A stretch of 64,000 nt of DNA from Actinomycetota bacterium (GTDB lineage Bacteria > Actinomycetota > UBA4738 > HRBIN12). Numbering within the stretch: the first letter of the stretch is position 1; the number at the start of each line of letters is the position of its first letter. Shown piece after piece: positions 47,118 through 56,529 of the stretch. Where the stretch lies: NCBI GenBank assembly GCA_035519495.1, contig DATIWE010000050.1, positions 33,150 to 97,149 on the forward strand, read 5' to 3'. Under the pieces are notes generated by a model. The model did no database searches and was not told the DNA's origin. It was given only the letters and a program-made list of their open reading frames with translations. The translations under genes were made by a program, and so were the position numbers.

Positions 47118-47192
47118 TCGGGCCGGCCGGATTCGAACCGGCGACCTTCTGACCCCCAGTCAGACGCGCTAACCAAGCTGCGCCACGGCCCG
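47118..47192 (-). tRNA. tRNA-Pro (anticodon GGG)
   Basis: The reverse complement folds as a cloverleaf. Acceptor CGGGCCG/CGGCCCG, D-arm GCGC..GCGC, anticodon stem TCTGA/TCAGA with loop CTGGGGG, T-arm GCCGG-TTCGAAT-CCGGC, discriminator A. No encoded CCA. Confidence 0.9.
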
Positions 47193-47231
47193 CTCCCACG
47201 AGCATAGCCAACCGAGACCGGCGATCGTCGC

Positions 47232-47630
47232 TCAGTCGATGTCGCGCCGGAGCGCGCCGAGCACGCCGAGCCACTTCAGCGCCGCGGCGTACTCCTCGTG
47301 GAGCAGCGTCAGCTCTTTCTCCAGATCGTGCCGGATCGATTCCAGCTTCTGGTTCTCGGCTTCGAACTCGTCGGCTCGAGGCGCGCCCTTCGTCGCCCGG
47401 GAACGCACCGCCAGCGCGAGGTTCCTCGACATCGCCTCGAGCCTCAGGAGACGCTCCCGAGCCTCAAGGTAGGGCTTGACCTTGAGCGCTTGCGAGCGGA
47501 TCTCGGCGTCGAGCACGTCGGCGTCGCGCGGACCGGCCGGCATCGTGATCCCGTTGCCGTTCTCGAGCATGACGGCGTCCAGCGTGGGCCGGATGCGCTC
47601 CAGCCAGCGATCCTCTTCGGTCTGCGCCAC
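47232..47630 (-). CDS. hypothetical protein (predicted helical/coiled-coil, 132 aa)
   Basis: GC3-rich frame and non-junk composition (ENQKLESIRHDLEKELTLLHEEY). No family recognised. Confidence 0.5.
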   Translation of the reverse strand: MAQTEEDRWLERIRPTLDAVMLENGNGITMPAGPRDADVLDAEIRSQALKVKPYLEARERLLRLEAMSRNLALAVRSRATKGAPRADEFEAENQKLESIRHDLEKELTLLHEEYAAALKWLGVLGALRRDID

Positions 47631-47708
47631 GGCTCGGCTCCGTTCCGCTGCGAGGACTGAAGCGTACGTCGCGGTCCGCTGCAGGGGAAGTGCGGGCGCC
47701 GATGGCTC

Positions 47709-49016
47709 CTAGGCCGACCCCGGGGCTCCCCTGGCCCGGAAGCGGAGCCGGATCGGCACGCCGCCGAGGCCGAGGTCGCGCCGCAGTCGGTTCTCCAGGT
47801 AGCGCTGGTAGCTCGGTCCGGGCGCCCGCGCGCCGCCGAAGATCACGAACGTGGGAGGACCGGAGGCGACCTGCGTGGCGTAGTGCAGGGTTCCGGCGGT
47901 GCGCGGGGTGGGAAGTTCCTGTTGCGCCGTCCGAAGGATCTCGTTGACCCTCGAAGTGGGCGTTCGGCCGCCCCAGCGTTCGTGCAGATCCACCACGAGG
48001 GGTGGCAACCGGTGCACGCCGTGCCCGCGGATCGCGGAGACCCGGATCACGGACGCGGCGGCGAACGGCTTCATCGAGGTGGTCAGCTCCTCGTACACCT
48101 TCGCCTTCTCCTCGAGCAGATCCCACTTGTTCGCGATCACGATGAGGCCGCGGCCCGCCTCCATCACGCGCTTCGCGATCTTCTTGTCCTCGGTGGTGAG
48201 GCCGGCGTCGGCGTCGAGGACCAGCAGCGCCACGTGGGCCGCAGCGATCGCCTCGGCGGCGCGCAGGAAGCTGAAGTATTCGACGCCCCGAACCGACTGC
48301 CCGCGGCGCATGCCGGCCGTATCCACGAAGCGGACGATCCCGTAGCCCGGCCAATCGATCAGCGAGTCGACGCTGTCGCGGGTCGTGCCGGCCACCTCCG
48401 AGACGACGCTCCGGTCCTGCCCGAGCAGCCGGTTGAACAGGCTCGATTTCCCGACGTTCGGGCGGCCCACGATCACGAATCGCCGCTCCTCGGGCTCCTC
48501 CCGGGCGGCGGCCGACCCCGGCAGGAGCGGGACCACGAGGTCGAGCAGGTCGCCGGTCCCCTGTCCGTGCAGGGCGGAAACCGAGACCGGCTCGCCGAGG
48601 CCCAGTCGGTAGAGATCCGCCACGTCCGCGGCGTCCTTCGGAGAGTCCGCCTTGTTCGCGACGAGCAGGATGGGGACCTCAGCGGTCCGGAGCCGCCGCG
48701 CGAGCGCGGCATCGTCCTCGGTGATCCCCGTCTGCACGTCCACCACGAGCAGGATGACGTCCGCCTCCGCCATCGCACGAGCGGCTTGTTCGGCGGCCAG
48801 GGCCTCGATGCCGCGGGCGTGCGGCAGATACCCGGCGGTGTCGACGAGGGCGAAGGTCCGGCCGCCCCACGTCGTCCGGAGCTCGAGGCGATCCCTGGTG
48901 ACGCCCGGCATCTCGTGGGCGATCGCCGTGCGCTTCCCGAAGAGCCGGTTCACGAGGGTCGATTTCCCCACGTTCTGACGACCGACCACCGCGACCTTGG
49001 GCACGGCGCCGGTCAT
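47709..49016 (-). CDS. der: ribosome-associated GTPase Der/EngA
   Basis: Two GTPase domains (GRQNVGKST and GRPNVGKSS P-loops, DTAG twice, NKAD/NKWD) plus a KH-like C-terminus. Confidence 0.95.
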   Translation of the reverse strand: MTGAVPKVAVVGRQNVGKSTLVNRLFGKRTAIAHEMPGVTRDRLELRTTWGGRTFALVDTAGYLPHARGIEALAAEQAARAMAEADVILLVVDVQTGITEDDAALARRLRTAEVPILLVANKADSPKDAADVADLYRLGLGEPVSVSALHGQGTGDLLDLVVPLLPGSAAAREEPEERRFVIVGRPNVGKSSLFNRLLGQDRSVVSEVAGTTRDSVDSLIDWPGYGIVRFVDTAGMRRGQSVRGVEYFSFLRAAEAIAAAHVALLVLDADAGLTTEDKKIAKRVMEAGRGLIVIANKWDLLEEKAKVYEELTTSMKPFAAASVIRVSAIRGHGVHRLPPLVVDLHERWGGRTPTSRVNEILRTAQQELPTPRTAGTLHYATQVASGPPTFVIFGGARAPGPSYQRYLENRLRRDLGLGGVPIRLRFRARGAPGSA

Positions 49017-49669
49017 CGCAACAGCTCCGGCGCTCGGTCCCGGATGATGTCCATCGCCGCCTGGATCGTCTTCTCGATGTCGAGCCGACCGGTGTCGAGC
49101 ACCACCGCACCCTCGGGCGGCTCATCCAACGGAACGGTTCGGTGGTCGCGAGCATCGCGCTCACGGAGCGCCTCGGCGATGTCGGCATCGCGATCGGCCC
49201 GTTCCTCGGCGCGCCGACGGCCCCGAGCTTCGGGATCGGCCACCAGGGAGAGCTTCACGACGGCGTCGGGGAACACGACCGAGCCGATGTCGCGACCCTC
49301 GACGACCGCCCCGGCCGCGCCGAGTTCCCGCTGCCGGTCCCGCATCCAGGTGCGGACATCGGGATGGCTCGCGACCTCCGACACCGTCCGCTCGACCTCG
49401 ACGCTCAGCAACGCGGCATCGTCGAAACCCTCGACCTCGAGCTCCCTCGGGCGCTCGCCCACCAGCCTGAACCTCAACCCTCCCATCAGGTCCATGAGAC
49501 CCGCGGCGTCATCGGGCCTGATCCCTCGACGCGCGGCGAGCGCGGCGAGGGCTCGATACATCAGGCCGGTGTTGAGGTAGTCCAGGCCGAGCTCCTTCGC
49601 GAGCGCTCGCGCGAGCGTCGACTTGCCGCTGCCCGCCGCCCCGTCGATCGCCACCACCCGATCGGTCAC
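49013..49669 (-). CDS. cmk: cytidylate kinase
   Basis: GTG 49669 in a GTGA overlap with aroA. IDGAAGSGKST P-loop, EGRDIG. Upstream of der, as in many actinobacteria. Confidence 0.9.
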   Translation of the reverse strand: MTDRVVAIDGAAGSGKSTLARALAKELGLDYLNTGLMYRALAALAARRGIRPDDAAGLMDLMGGLRFRLVGERPRELEVEGFDDAALLSVEVERTVSEVASHPDVRTWMRDRQRELGAAGAVVEGRDIGSVVFPDAVVKLSLVADPEARGRRRAEERADRDADIAEALRERDARDHRTVPLDEPPEGAVVLDTGRLDIEKTIQAAMDIIRDRAPELLR

Positions 49670-51036
49670 GGCCCGACCTCGATGCTCGCCCCGATCCTCC
49701 GGAGCGTCTCGACGAAGCCCGGGAAACTGACCTCCGCGGACTCGATCCCCTCGACCTCCGTCGGACCCTCGGCCGCCAGCCCGGCGACCGCGAGCGCCAT
49801 CGCGAGACGGTGGTCGCCGAAGGACCGCGCCAGACCCCCCCGGAGACCGCCCCCGGCGAGCACGAGGTCGTCGCCTTCGACGGCGGCATGGCCGCCCAGC
49901 GCGCCGAGGGAATCGACGAGCGCGGACAGACGGTCCGTCTCCTTCACGCGGAGCTCCCCCGCGCCACGGAACCAGCTGTCGGCCCCGGCATGGGCGGCGA
50001 GCGCCGACAAGACCGGGACCTCGTCGATCACGAGCGGGAGCTCGTCCGCTTCGATCCGAACGGCTCGGAGATCGACGGTCTCCTGGACCTCGATCGTCCC
50101 GACCGGCTCGCCGAGCTCCTCGTGATCGACCGCGATGCGGGTGGCCACACCCATCCGACCCATCACGTCGAGGAACCGAAGGCGGGTCGGATTCAGGCCG
50201 ACGCCCTCGACGCGGAGCGTCGAGCCTGTGAGCGCGGCCGCCGCCACGAGGAAGGCCGCCGAGGAGGGATCGCCCGGGCAGGTCGCCTCGAACCCCTCCT
50301 GCTGGAAGCGGCTCACCGTGATCGCGCGACCGTCGATCCTGATCGGAGCCCCCAGCGCCTCCAGCGCGCGCTCCGTGTGATCTCGCGTCGCCGCCGGTTC
50401 CACGACCGTCGTCTCGGCGTCGGCGTCGAGACCCGCGAGCAGGATCGCGCCCTTCACCTGCGCGGTCGCGAGCGCCAGCTCGTGCCGGCGCCCGACGAGC
50501 CCGCCGCCACGGATCGCGATCGGGGCGTGACCGTCCTCGGTCCGGATGTCGGCCCCCATACGCCGGAGCGGTTCGGCGACGCGTTCCATCGGCCGCAACG
50601 AGAGACTGGCGTCGCCGATCAACGTGCTGGCGAAGGGCGCGGCGGCCAGCAGACCGGTCAGGAGCCGCATCGAGGTTCCGGAGTTGCCGCAATCGAGCGG
50701 CTCGACCGAACCGCGGAGGCCCGCACGCCCCTCACCCTCGAGTTCAAGCACCCGATATGAGGAGGTCTCGAGCCCGGCGTTCCACGTGGAACCGGGAGGT
50801 TCCACCCCTGCGGCAGCGTTCGCGGTCCAGATATCGAGCGCAGGTCGAGCCTTCAGGGTGACACGCGCAAGGCTCGATGCGGTCGAGCGTACGTCGAGGG
50901 AGGGAGGAAGGTCGACCATGCGGCTCGAGCCGCGCGCGGTCGCGGCCAGGATCAGCCATCGATGCGCGATCGACTTGTCTCCCGGGACACGGGCCGTCCC
51001 TCGGAGGGTGCCGCCCGGCTGGATCCGCGCCAACAT
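49666..51036 (-). CDS. aroA: 3-phosphoshikimate 1-carboxyvinyltransferase (EPSP synthase)
   Basis: VPGDKSIAHR, GNSGTSMRLL, ELRVKETDR, DHRLAMA motifs. Confidence 0.95.
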   Translation of the reverse strand: MLARIQPGGTLRGTARVPGDKSIAHRWLILAATARGSSRMVDLPPSLDVRSTASSLARVTLKARPALDIWTANAAAGVEPPGSTWNAGLETSSYRVLELEGEGRAGLRGSVEPLDCGNSGTSMRLLTGLLAAAPFASTLIGDASLSLRPMERVAEPLRRMGADIRTEDGHAPIAIRGGGLVGRRHELALATAQVKGAILLAGLDADAETTVVEPAATRDHTERALEALGAPIRIDGRAITVSRFQQEGFEATCPGDPSSAAFLVAAAALTGSTLRVEGVGLNPTRLRFLDVMGRMGVATRIAVDHEELGEPVGTIEVQETVDLRAVRIEADELPLVIDEVPVLSALAAHAGADSWFRGAGELRVKETDRLSALVDSLGALGGHAAVEGDDLVLAGGGLRGGLARSFGDHRLAMALAVAGLAAEGPTEVEGIESAEVSFPGFVETLRRIGASIEVGP

Positions 51037-51046
51037 CGAGCGCTCC

Positions 51047-52177
51047 TCACGCCAGCCGGATCGGATCGTGGCCGGAGTCCCGGAGCACCGCGACCGCGTC
51101 GGTGGCCGCGTGGGCGGCCACCGTGATGTGGACGGTCCCGCGGCCGCCCTCGGGCGAGTGCACGATCTGGAGATCCTCGATGTTCACGTCGCCCGCGCCG
51201 AGCGTAGCGGTGATCCGGCCGAGGGCCCCGGGTTCGTCCGGGATCTCGACCTGGAGCACCGCGACGCCCGCTCGCACGGTGGGCTTCGCCGCCAGCCGCA
51301 GCCGGGCCTGTTTCGCGGTCTCGAAGGTGCGCTCGACATCCGCGCCTTCCGAGTGAGCGATCTGCTCCCGGAGCGTCCCCAACCGTGCGACGAACAGGTC
51401 GATCGCCTCGACTATCTGGTCGCGGTTGGCCAGCAGGATCTCACTCCAGAGCCGCGGGTTGGATGCCGCCAATCGGGTGAGGTCGCGGAACCCGCCCGCC
51501 GCCAGGAGCAGCAGGTCGGGCTCCCCCGCCTCCTCGGTGGCCGCGAGCCCCATCAGGGACGTGGACGCGACCTGCGGGAGGTGGCTGACGAACGCGACGA
51601 GCCGGTCGTGACGCTCGGGCGTGAGGCGCACGGGCCGCGCACCGATACGGACGATCCATGCCGAGAGGCGCTCGACCGCCACCGGATCGGACGACCCCGT
51701 CGGCGCGAGCACCCACACGATGTCGTCCACCACGGACGCGGCGGCGTGCTCCGGACCAGATCGCTCGCTCCCACCGAGCGGGTGGCCGGGCACGAACCGG
51801 CGGAGGTCCTCCGGCTCGGCCACCCCGGCCACCGCGTCGGCCACCGCGGCCTTGATGCTCCCGGCGTCGGTCACGATCGCGGCGGGCGCCAGCGCGAGGG
51901 TCTGTGCGACCGCGCCGACGATCTCTGGGATCGGCGTGCAGACCACCACGAGGTCCGCGCCGCGCACCGCCTCCTCGATCGATCCCACGGCGGCCAGCCC
52001 GCCCGACGCCGCGGCGCGGGAGGCGACGGCTGGATCGGCGTCCCAGCCGGTCACGGCCATCCCGGCGCGGGTCGCCGCGAGCGCCACCGAGGTCCCGATC
52101 AGGCCGGTGCCGACGATCGCGACCCGGTCGATCGGCTCCGCCGACGCCTCCAGGTCACCCGCCGGCATCGATGTCAT
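51047..52177 (-). CDS. tyrA: prephenate dehydrogenase with C-terminal ACT domain
   Basis: Rossmann motif VAIVGTGLIGTS, GHPLGGSE, and an ACT-like tail. The start is ambiguous because it overlaps aroH by about 23 nt. Confidence 0.85.
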   Translation of the reverse strand: MTSMPAGDLEASAEPIDRVAIVGTGLIGTSVALAATRAGMAVTGWDADPAVASRAAASGGLAAVGSIEEAVRGADLVVVCTPIPEIVGAVAQTLALAPAAIVTDAGSIKAAVADAVAGVAEPEDLRRFVPGHPLGGSERSGPEHAAASVVDDIVWVLAPTGSSDPVAVERLSAWIVRIGARPVRLTPERHDRLVAFVSHLPQVASTSLMGLAATEEAGEPDLLLLAAGGFRDLTRLAASNPRLWSEILLANRDQIVEAIDLFVARLGTLREQIAHSEGADVERTFETAKQARLRLAAKPTVRAGVAVLQVEIPDEPGALGRITATLGAGDVNIEDLQIVHSPEGGRGTVHITVAAHAATDAVAVLRDSGHDPIRLA

Positions 52178-52523
52178 CGCGGAGGCTCTCCGCGCCGTCC
52201 AGGTAGACGTGGGCGACCTCGTTGAGGGTTCGCTTGGTGTAGAAGTGCACGAGGAGACGGACCACGGAGGCCATCGAGCCTTCCACCGGGATCTCCTGTG
52301 CGCAGAGCAGCGGGACCGATCCCATGCCCATGCGACGAGCCGCTTCCGCCGGGAAGGCCGAGCGGAGGTCCTCGGTCGCGGTGAACAGGATGCTCACGAG
52401 ATCCTCGGGCTCGATGGCGTTCGACGTGAGCACCGCGCCGAGCAATCGCTCGGTGGCGGTCAACACGTCGTCGGCGAGCGGCCCGCGGGTCACGATCGCA
52501 CCCCGAGCGGCGCGAACCCTCAT
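52155..52523 (-). CDS. aroH: AroH-type chorismate mutase
   Basis: MRVRAARGAI...ILFTATEDL...FPA...VPLLCAQE is characteristic of monofunctional AroH chorismate mutase. Confidence 0.85.
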   Translation of the reverse strand: MRVRAARGAIVTRGPLADDVLTATERLLGAVLTSNAIEPEDLVSILFTATEDLRSAFPAEAARRMGMGSVPLLCAQEIPVEGSMASVVRLLVHFYTKRTLNEVAHVYLDGAESLRDDIDAGG

Positions 52524-52581
52524 GCTCGCATCCTTTCCGTCGGCGGGGTTCCGAGCCGGCGAACGGCCCGATGCGTCCAGG

Positions 52582-53343
52582 CTACAGGTCGGCCGGGGGG
52601 CGGCGCCGCGCGGCTCGCTCCGCCTTCGCGGCCATGGCGCCGAGCGCGAGCACCTCGTCGGCGGTCAACTCGCGGAGCTGACCCGCGCGGAGCCGCCCGA
52701 GATGCAACGAGCCGATCCGAACGCGGACGAGCCGCAACACGGGGAGGCCGACCGCGGCGAGCAGCCGGCGCACCTCGCGCTTGCGGCCCTCCGTCATCAC
52801 GAGGGCGAGCTGGCCCCGATCGTCCCGGGCGTCCACGATCCGAGCCGACTTCGCCTTCGCCGGCCCGTCGTCGAGGTCGACCCCGGCCTGGAGCTTCGCG
52901 AGGTGCTTCGGGGTCGGGCGGCCCTGCACCTCCGCGAGGTATTCCTTCTCGACCTCGTACCTCGGATGCAGGAGCCGCTCCGCCAGGTCCCCGTCGTTCG
53001 TCAGCACGAGGAGCCCTTCGCTCTCGCGATCGAGGCGGCCGACCGGGAAGACGCGAGGCCCATCTTCCGGCAGGAACGCGCGGATGTCGGGCCGACCCTG
53101 AGGATCCTTCATCGTCGTCACCACCCCGGCGGGCTTGTGGAGCGCGTAGTACCTCGTGCTGGGGTCGAGGTTGACGGGGACCCGCTGAAGCTCGACCCGG
53201 TCGCGCGAGACCTCGACCTTGTCCCCGAGCGTCGCGACCCTCCCGTTCACCCGGACCTTTCCCTGCACGATCAGTTCCTCGCAGGATCGACGTGAACCGT
53301 AGCCCGCGCGGGCGAGCGCGCGTTGCAGGCGCTCCTCGGCCAT
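52582..53343 (-). CDS. rluB: 23S rRNA pseudouridine synthase (RsuA/RluB family) with S4 domain
   Basis: S4 N-terminus (RLQRALARAGYGSRRSCEELI) and the catalytic GRLDRESEGLLVLTNDG motif. Confidence 0.9.
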   Translation of the reverse strand: MAEERLQRALARAGYGSRRSCEELIVQGKVRVNGRVATLGDKVEVSRDRVELQRVPVNLDPSTRYYALHKPAGVVTTMKDPQGRPDIRAFLPEDGPRVFPVGRLDRESEGLLVLTNDGDLAERLLHPRYEVEKEYLAEVQGRPTPKHLAKLQAGVDLDDGPAKAKSARIVDARDDRGQLALVMTEGRKREVRRLLAAVGLPVLRLVRVRIGSLHLGRLRAGQLRELTADEVLALGAMAAKAERAARRRPPADL

Positions 53344-53987
53344 CAGCCCTCTGCCGTCGTTGGCTCGTCCTCGGCTTCGGGGTTGCCCGGCTCCCCGGCC
53401 TCCTCAGGCTCCTCGGGCCCGTCGGCGTCGATATCGGCGGCGCTCGTGGCGGCCGCTCCCGCGTCGAGCAGCGGCGCGAGCGAGGGCAAGGCGGCGAGGG
53501 ACGGCAGGCCGAGGCGTTCGAGGAAGCGCGGGGTCGTCGCGAACAGCACCGGGCGGCCGGGCGCCTCGTCCCGCCCGGCCTCCTCGATCAGACCGCGATC
53601 GGTCAGCGCACGCAGGACCCCGTCGGAGTTCACACCCCGGATCGCGTTGACCTGGTGCCGCGTGACCGGCTGCTTGTACGCGACGATCGCGAGCGTCTCG
53701 AGCGAGGCCTTCGTCAGGCGGGCCTGGCGGGAGGACAGGACGAACCGTTCGACCGCCGCCTGCGCATCGGGGTGCGTGAACAGCCGCCAACCGCCGGCCA
53801 CCTCGCGCAGCACGAGCCCCGAGCCACGCTCCTCCAGGTCGTGGGCCAGTCGAGCGCAGAGGGCGTCGACGCCGGCGCGATCCAACCCGATCGCCTGCGC
53901 GAGCACCGGGCTCGGCAACGGTTCGTCCGACACGAACAAGAGCGCCTCGAGCACCCGCGTCTCCTGTTGCTGGAGGTCGTCCGTCAC
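53343..53987 (-). CDS. scpB: segregation and condensation protein B
   Basis: LEALLFVSDEPL, ETLAIVAYKQPVTRHQVNAIRGV. GTG 53987 lies 7 nt after the scpA stop. Acidic tail. The longer ORF to 54101 would overlap scpA. Confidence 0.85.
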   Translation of the reverse strand: MTDDLQQQETRVLEALLFVSDEPLPSPVLAQAIGLDRAGVDALCARLAHDLEERGSGLVLREVAGGWRLFTHPDAQAAVERFVLSSRQARLTKASLETLAIVAYKQPVTRHQVNAIRGVNSDGVLRALTDRGLIEEAGRDEAPGRPVLFATTPRFLERLGLPSLAALPSLAPLLDAGAAATSAADIDADGPEEPEEAGEPGNPEAEDEPTTAEG

Positions 53988-53994
53988 CTGAGCC

Positions 53995-54753
53995 TCACCC
54001 CTTCCACTCCACGGCAACTTCACCGAAGGTCTCCGCCTGCTGAAGCTCGACCTTCCCTTCACGGTAGAGCTCGAGGAGGGCGAGGAATCGGACGACGACA
54101 TGGATCCGGTTCTCGCAATCGGCCGTCAGTTCCCGGAACGACGCCTGTCGTCCGTCGACCGACGCGAAGCGCCGCTCGACCGCCTCCATCGCATCGGAGA
54201 CCGTGTACGCGATCGGCGTCACGTGGGAGAGGTCGACCGTCGGTTGCGGCCGCAGCAGCATCGCCGCGAGTTCGGCCAGCTGCGGCGACGTCACTTTCTC
54301 CAACGGGTCGGGGTACAGGTGAGAGAACTCCGACCCGGGGCCGACGTCCCTCGTGAAGTACGCGGCCTCGTCTTCGAGTCGCCGCGCGAGGTCGGCGACC
54401 ACCTCGCGGAACGCGCGGAGCTCGAGCGACCGGGCGTACGAGAGATCCGGCGAGCCCCCCACGAGATCCTCCTCGTCCAGCTCCGTGTGCCGAGGCGTCA
54501 GGCGTGCCACCTTGAGCTCCAGCAGGACGGCGCAGATCGCGAGGAACCACGTTGCCTCTTCCAGGGTCCAGGCGTCGGGTTCCTTCGCGTAGGCGAGGAA
54601 CCGGTCGGTGACGCCGCCGATCGCCACGTCGCAGACGTCGACCTTCTGCTCCAGGATCAGGTCGGCGAGCAGCCGGAACGGCCCGGAGAACCCGGGCAGG
54701 TCCACGGCGAAGCCCTCGACGGTGGCCTCGGTCGCGTCCCCCGCCTCGCTCAT
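53995..54753 (-). CDS. scpA: segregation and condensation protein A
   Basis: FSGPFRLLADLILEQKVDVCDV, VVRFLALLELY. ATGA overlap with the trpS stop. Confidence 0.85.
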   Translation of the reverse strand: MSEAGDATEATVEGFAVDLPGFSGPFRLLADLILEQKVDVCDVAIGGVTDRFLAYAKEPDAWTLEEATWFLAICAVLLELKVARLTPRHTELDEEDLVGGSPDLSYARSLELRAFREVVADLARRLEDEAAYFTRDVGPGSEFSHLYPDPLEKVTSPQLAELAAMLLRPQPTVDLSHVTPIAYTVSDAMEAVERRFASVDGRQASFRELTADCENRIHVVVRFLALLELYREGKVELQQAETFGEVAVEWKG

Positions 54754-55757
54754 GGATCGAAGTGCATCGCCGCTCGCACGGCGTCGAGGGTCGCCCGGGC
54801 GATCGGACGGACGCGCTCCGCGCCCGCCGCCAGCACCGTGCCCGCGAGACCGGGGCGCGTCTCGAGCTCGGCGCGCCGCTCCCGGTAGCCGCGGAAATAC
54901 TCGATCAGGTGATCCGCCAGGAGCGTCTTGCAGTCGACGCACCCCAGTTCGCCGGTGCGGCACGTGGCCTCGACCCGACCCACGTCGGCCGGCGAGAACT
55001 TGCGATGCAACGCGAAGATCGGGCAGATCTCCGGGCGGCCCGGGTCCCCGCGGCGGATCTTCTGGGGGTCCGTGATGAACGAGCGCACCTTCGCCCGGAT
55101 CGCGTCCTCCTCGTCCCGGACCCCGATGAAGTTGTCCAGCGTCTTCGACATCTTGCGACCGTCCGATCCGGGGATCAGCGGCGTATCGGACAGGAGCGGT
55201 TGCGGCTCCAAGAGCACGTCGCCGTAGAGCCGGTTGAACCGCCGAACGATCTCCCGGCTGATCTCGAGGTGCGAGACCTGATCCTCCCCGACCGGCACGA
55301 GCTGGCCGCGGACGATCGTGATGTCGACGGTCTGCAGCAGCGGGTATCCGAGCAGCCCGAAGTTCGAGATGTCCCGTTCGGCGAGGTCCCGGAGACGCTC
55401 CTTGTAGGTCGGCACGCGCTCGAGCCAGCCGAGCGGCGTGATCATCCCCAGCAGCAGCGCCATCTCGGCGACCTCGGGTAGATCGGACTGCCGGTAGATC
55501 GTGACGCGCTCGGGGTCGAGCCCCGCGGCGAGGAGATCCAGCACGAGGTCCTCGACGCGATCCGGGAGCGCCTCCGTGCGGTCGTAGTCGGTCGTGAGCA
55601 TGTGCCAGTCGGCGACGAAGTAGAAGCAGTCGTAGCCCTCCTCCTGGAGGCGGACCGCGTTCTCGACGTTCCCGGCCCAATGGCCCAGATGCATCGGACC
55701 GGTGGGCCGGAACCCCGTGAGGACGCGGTTCGTTCGGATCCCGACGTCAGCGCTCAC
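54750..55757 (-). CDS. trpS: tryptophan-tRNA ligase
   Basis: TGFRPTGPMHLGH (HIGH-like), VPVGEDQ, KMSKT. Confidence 0.95.
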   Translation of the reverse strand: MSADVGIRTNRVLTGFRPTGPMHLGHWAGNVENAVRLQEEGYDCFYFVADWHMLTTDYDRTEALPDRVEDLVLDLLAAGLDPERVTIYRQSDLPEVAEMALLLGMITPLGWLERVPTYKERLRDLAERDISNFGLLGYPLLQTVDITIVRGQLVPVGEDQVSHLEISREIVRRFNRLYGDVLLEPQPLLSDTPLIPGSDGRKMSKTLDNFIGVRDEEDAIRAKVRSFITDPQKIRRGDPGRPEICPIFALHRKFSPADVGRVEATCRTGELGCVDCKTLLADHLIEYFRGYRERRAELETRPGLAGTVLAAGAERVRPIARATLDAVRAAMHFDP

Positions 55758-55823
55758 GATGGCCGCGATGATAGCGCGGGGTTCCCGCGCGGCCGGAAGG
55801 CGCCGTGAGAACGCCGCCGTCCC

Positions 55824-56519
55824 TCAGAAGGACAGGAGCTGCAGGCAGTTGGCCCCGGTCGCCGCGTTGCACAGGGCGCCCGTCAACGAGGTCAAGATCC
55901 CGAGCACGAGCGAGCTGAACACGAACACGATCACCAGCACCAGCAGCGGCAGGTACTTGTCGGCGCCGCGATACACCTCTGCGGCGTCGCGCGGGAGGAT
56001 CAGCGCCACCATCCGGGCGCCGTCGAGCCCGGGGATCGGCAGCAGATGGAAGATCGTGAGCGACATGCTGGTGTACGCGAAGGTCAGCAGGGCCCGGATC
56101 ATCTCCGGTCGCATCGAGACGCTCCGCAGGACGAGCCCGGCGAGGACCCCGAGCACGAGCGTCGCGACCGGCCCGGCGCACGAGACGAGGACGACGTCGC
56201 GTCGCTGATCCCGGAACCGGTTCGGGTCGATCGGCGCCGGCTTGCCGTAGGCCGCCGGGATGACGAGCGCCTGGACGGTCCACAGGATGGCGATCAGGGC
56301 CGGCACGAGGCCGCTGCCGAAGGGCTCGAACCATGCCTTCGGCGAGAGGGTGAGACGGCCCCAGAGGCGCGGCGTGGGGTCCCCCAGACGCACCGCGACG
56401 CTGGCGCGCGCGTATTCGCGCACGCTCATACCGATCAGCAGGGACACCAGCATGTAGGAGGCGAGGCGGAACCCGAGCGCGGTGAAGTTGCCCACCGCCA
56501 CCATCACGCGCACCCCCAT
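55824..56519 (-). CDS. M50 (site-2 protease)-family membrane protein with degenerate HExxH (REYAR)
   Basis: Family blocks RLGDPTP..GRLTLSP, GKPAPIDPNRF, CAGPVATL, FHLLPIPGLDG are present. The zinc motif position reads VREYAR instead of HExxH. Confidence 0.7.
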   Translation of the reverse strand: MGVRVMVAVGNFTALGFRLASYMLVSLLIGMSVREYARASVAVRLGDPTPRLWGRLTLSPKAWFEPFGSGLVPALIAILWTVQALVIPAAYGKPAPIDPNRFRDQRRDVVLVSCAGPVATLVLGVLAGLVLRSVSMRPEMIRALLTFAYTSMSLTIFHLLPIPGLDGARMVALILPRDAAEVYRGADKYLPLLVLVIVFVFSSLVLGILTSLTGALCNAATGANCLQLLSF

Positions 56520-56529
56520 CCCGGCCGCA

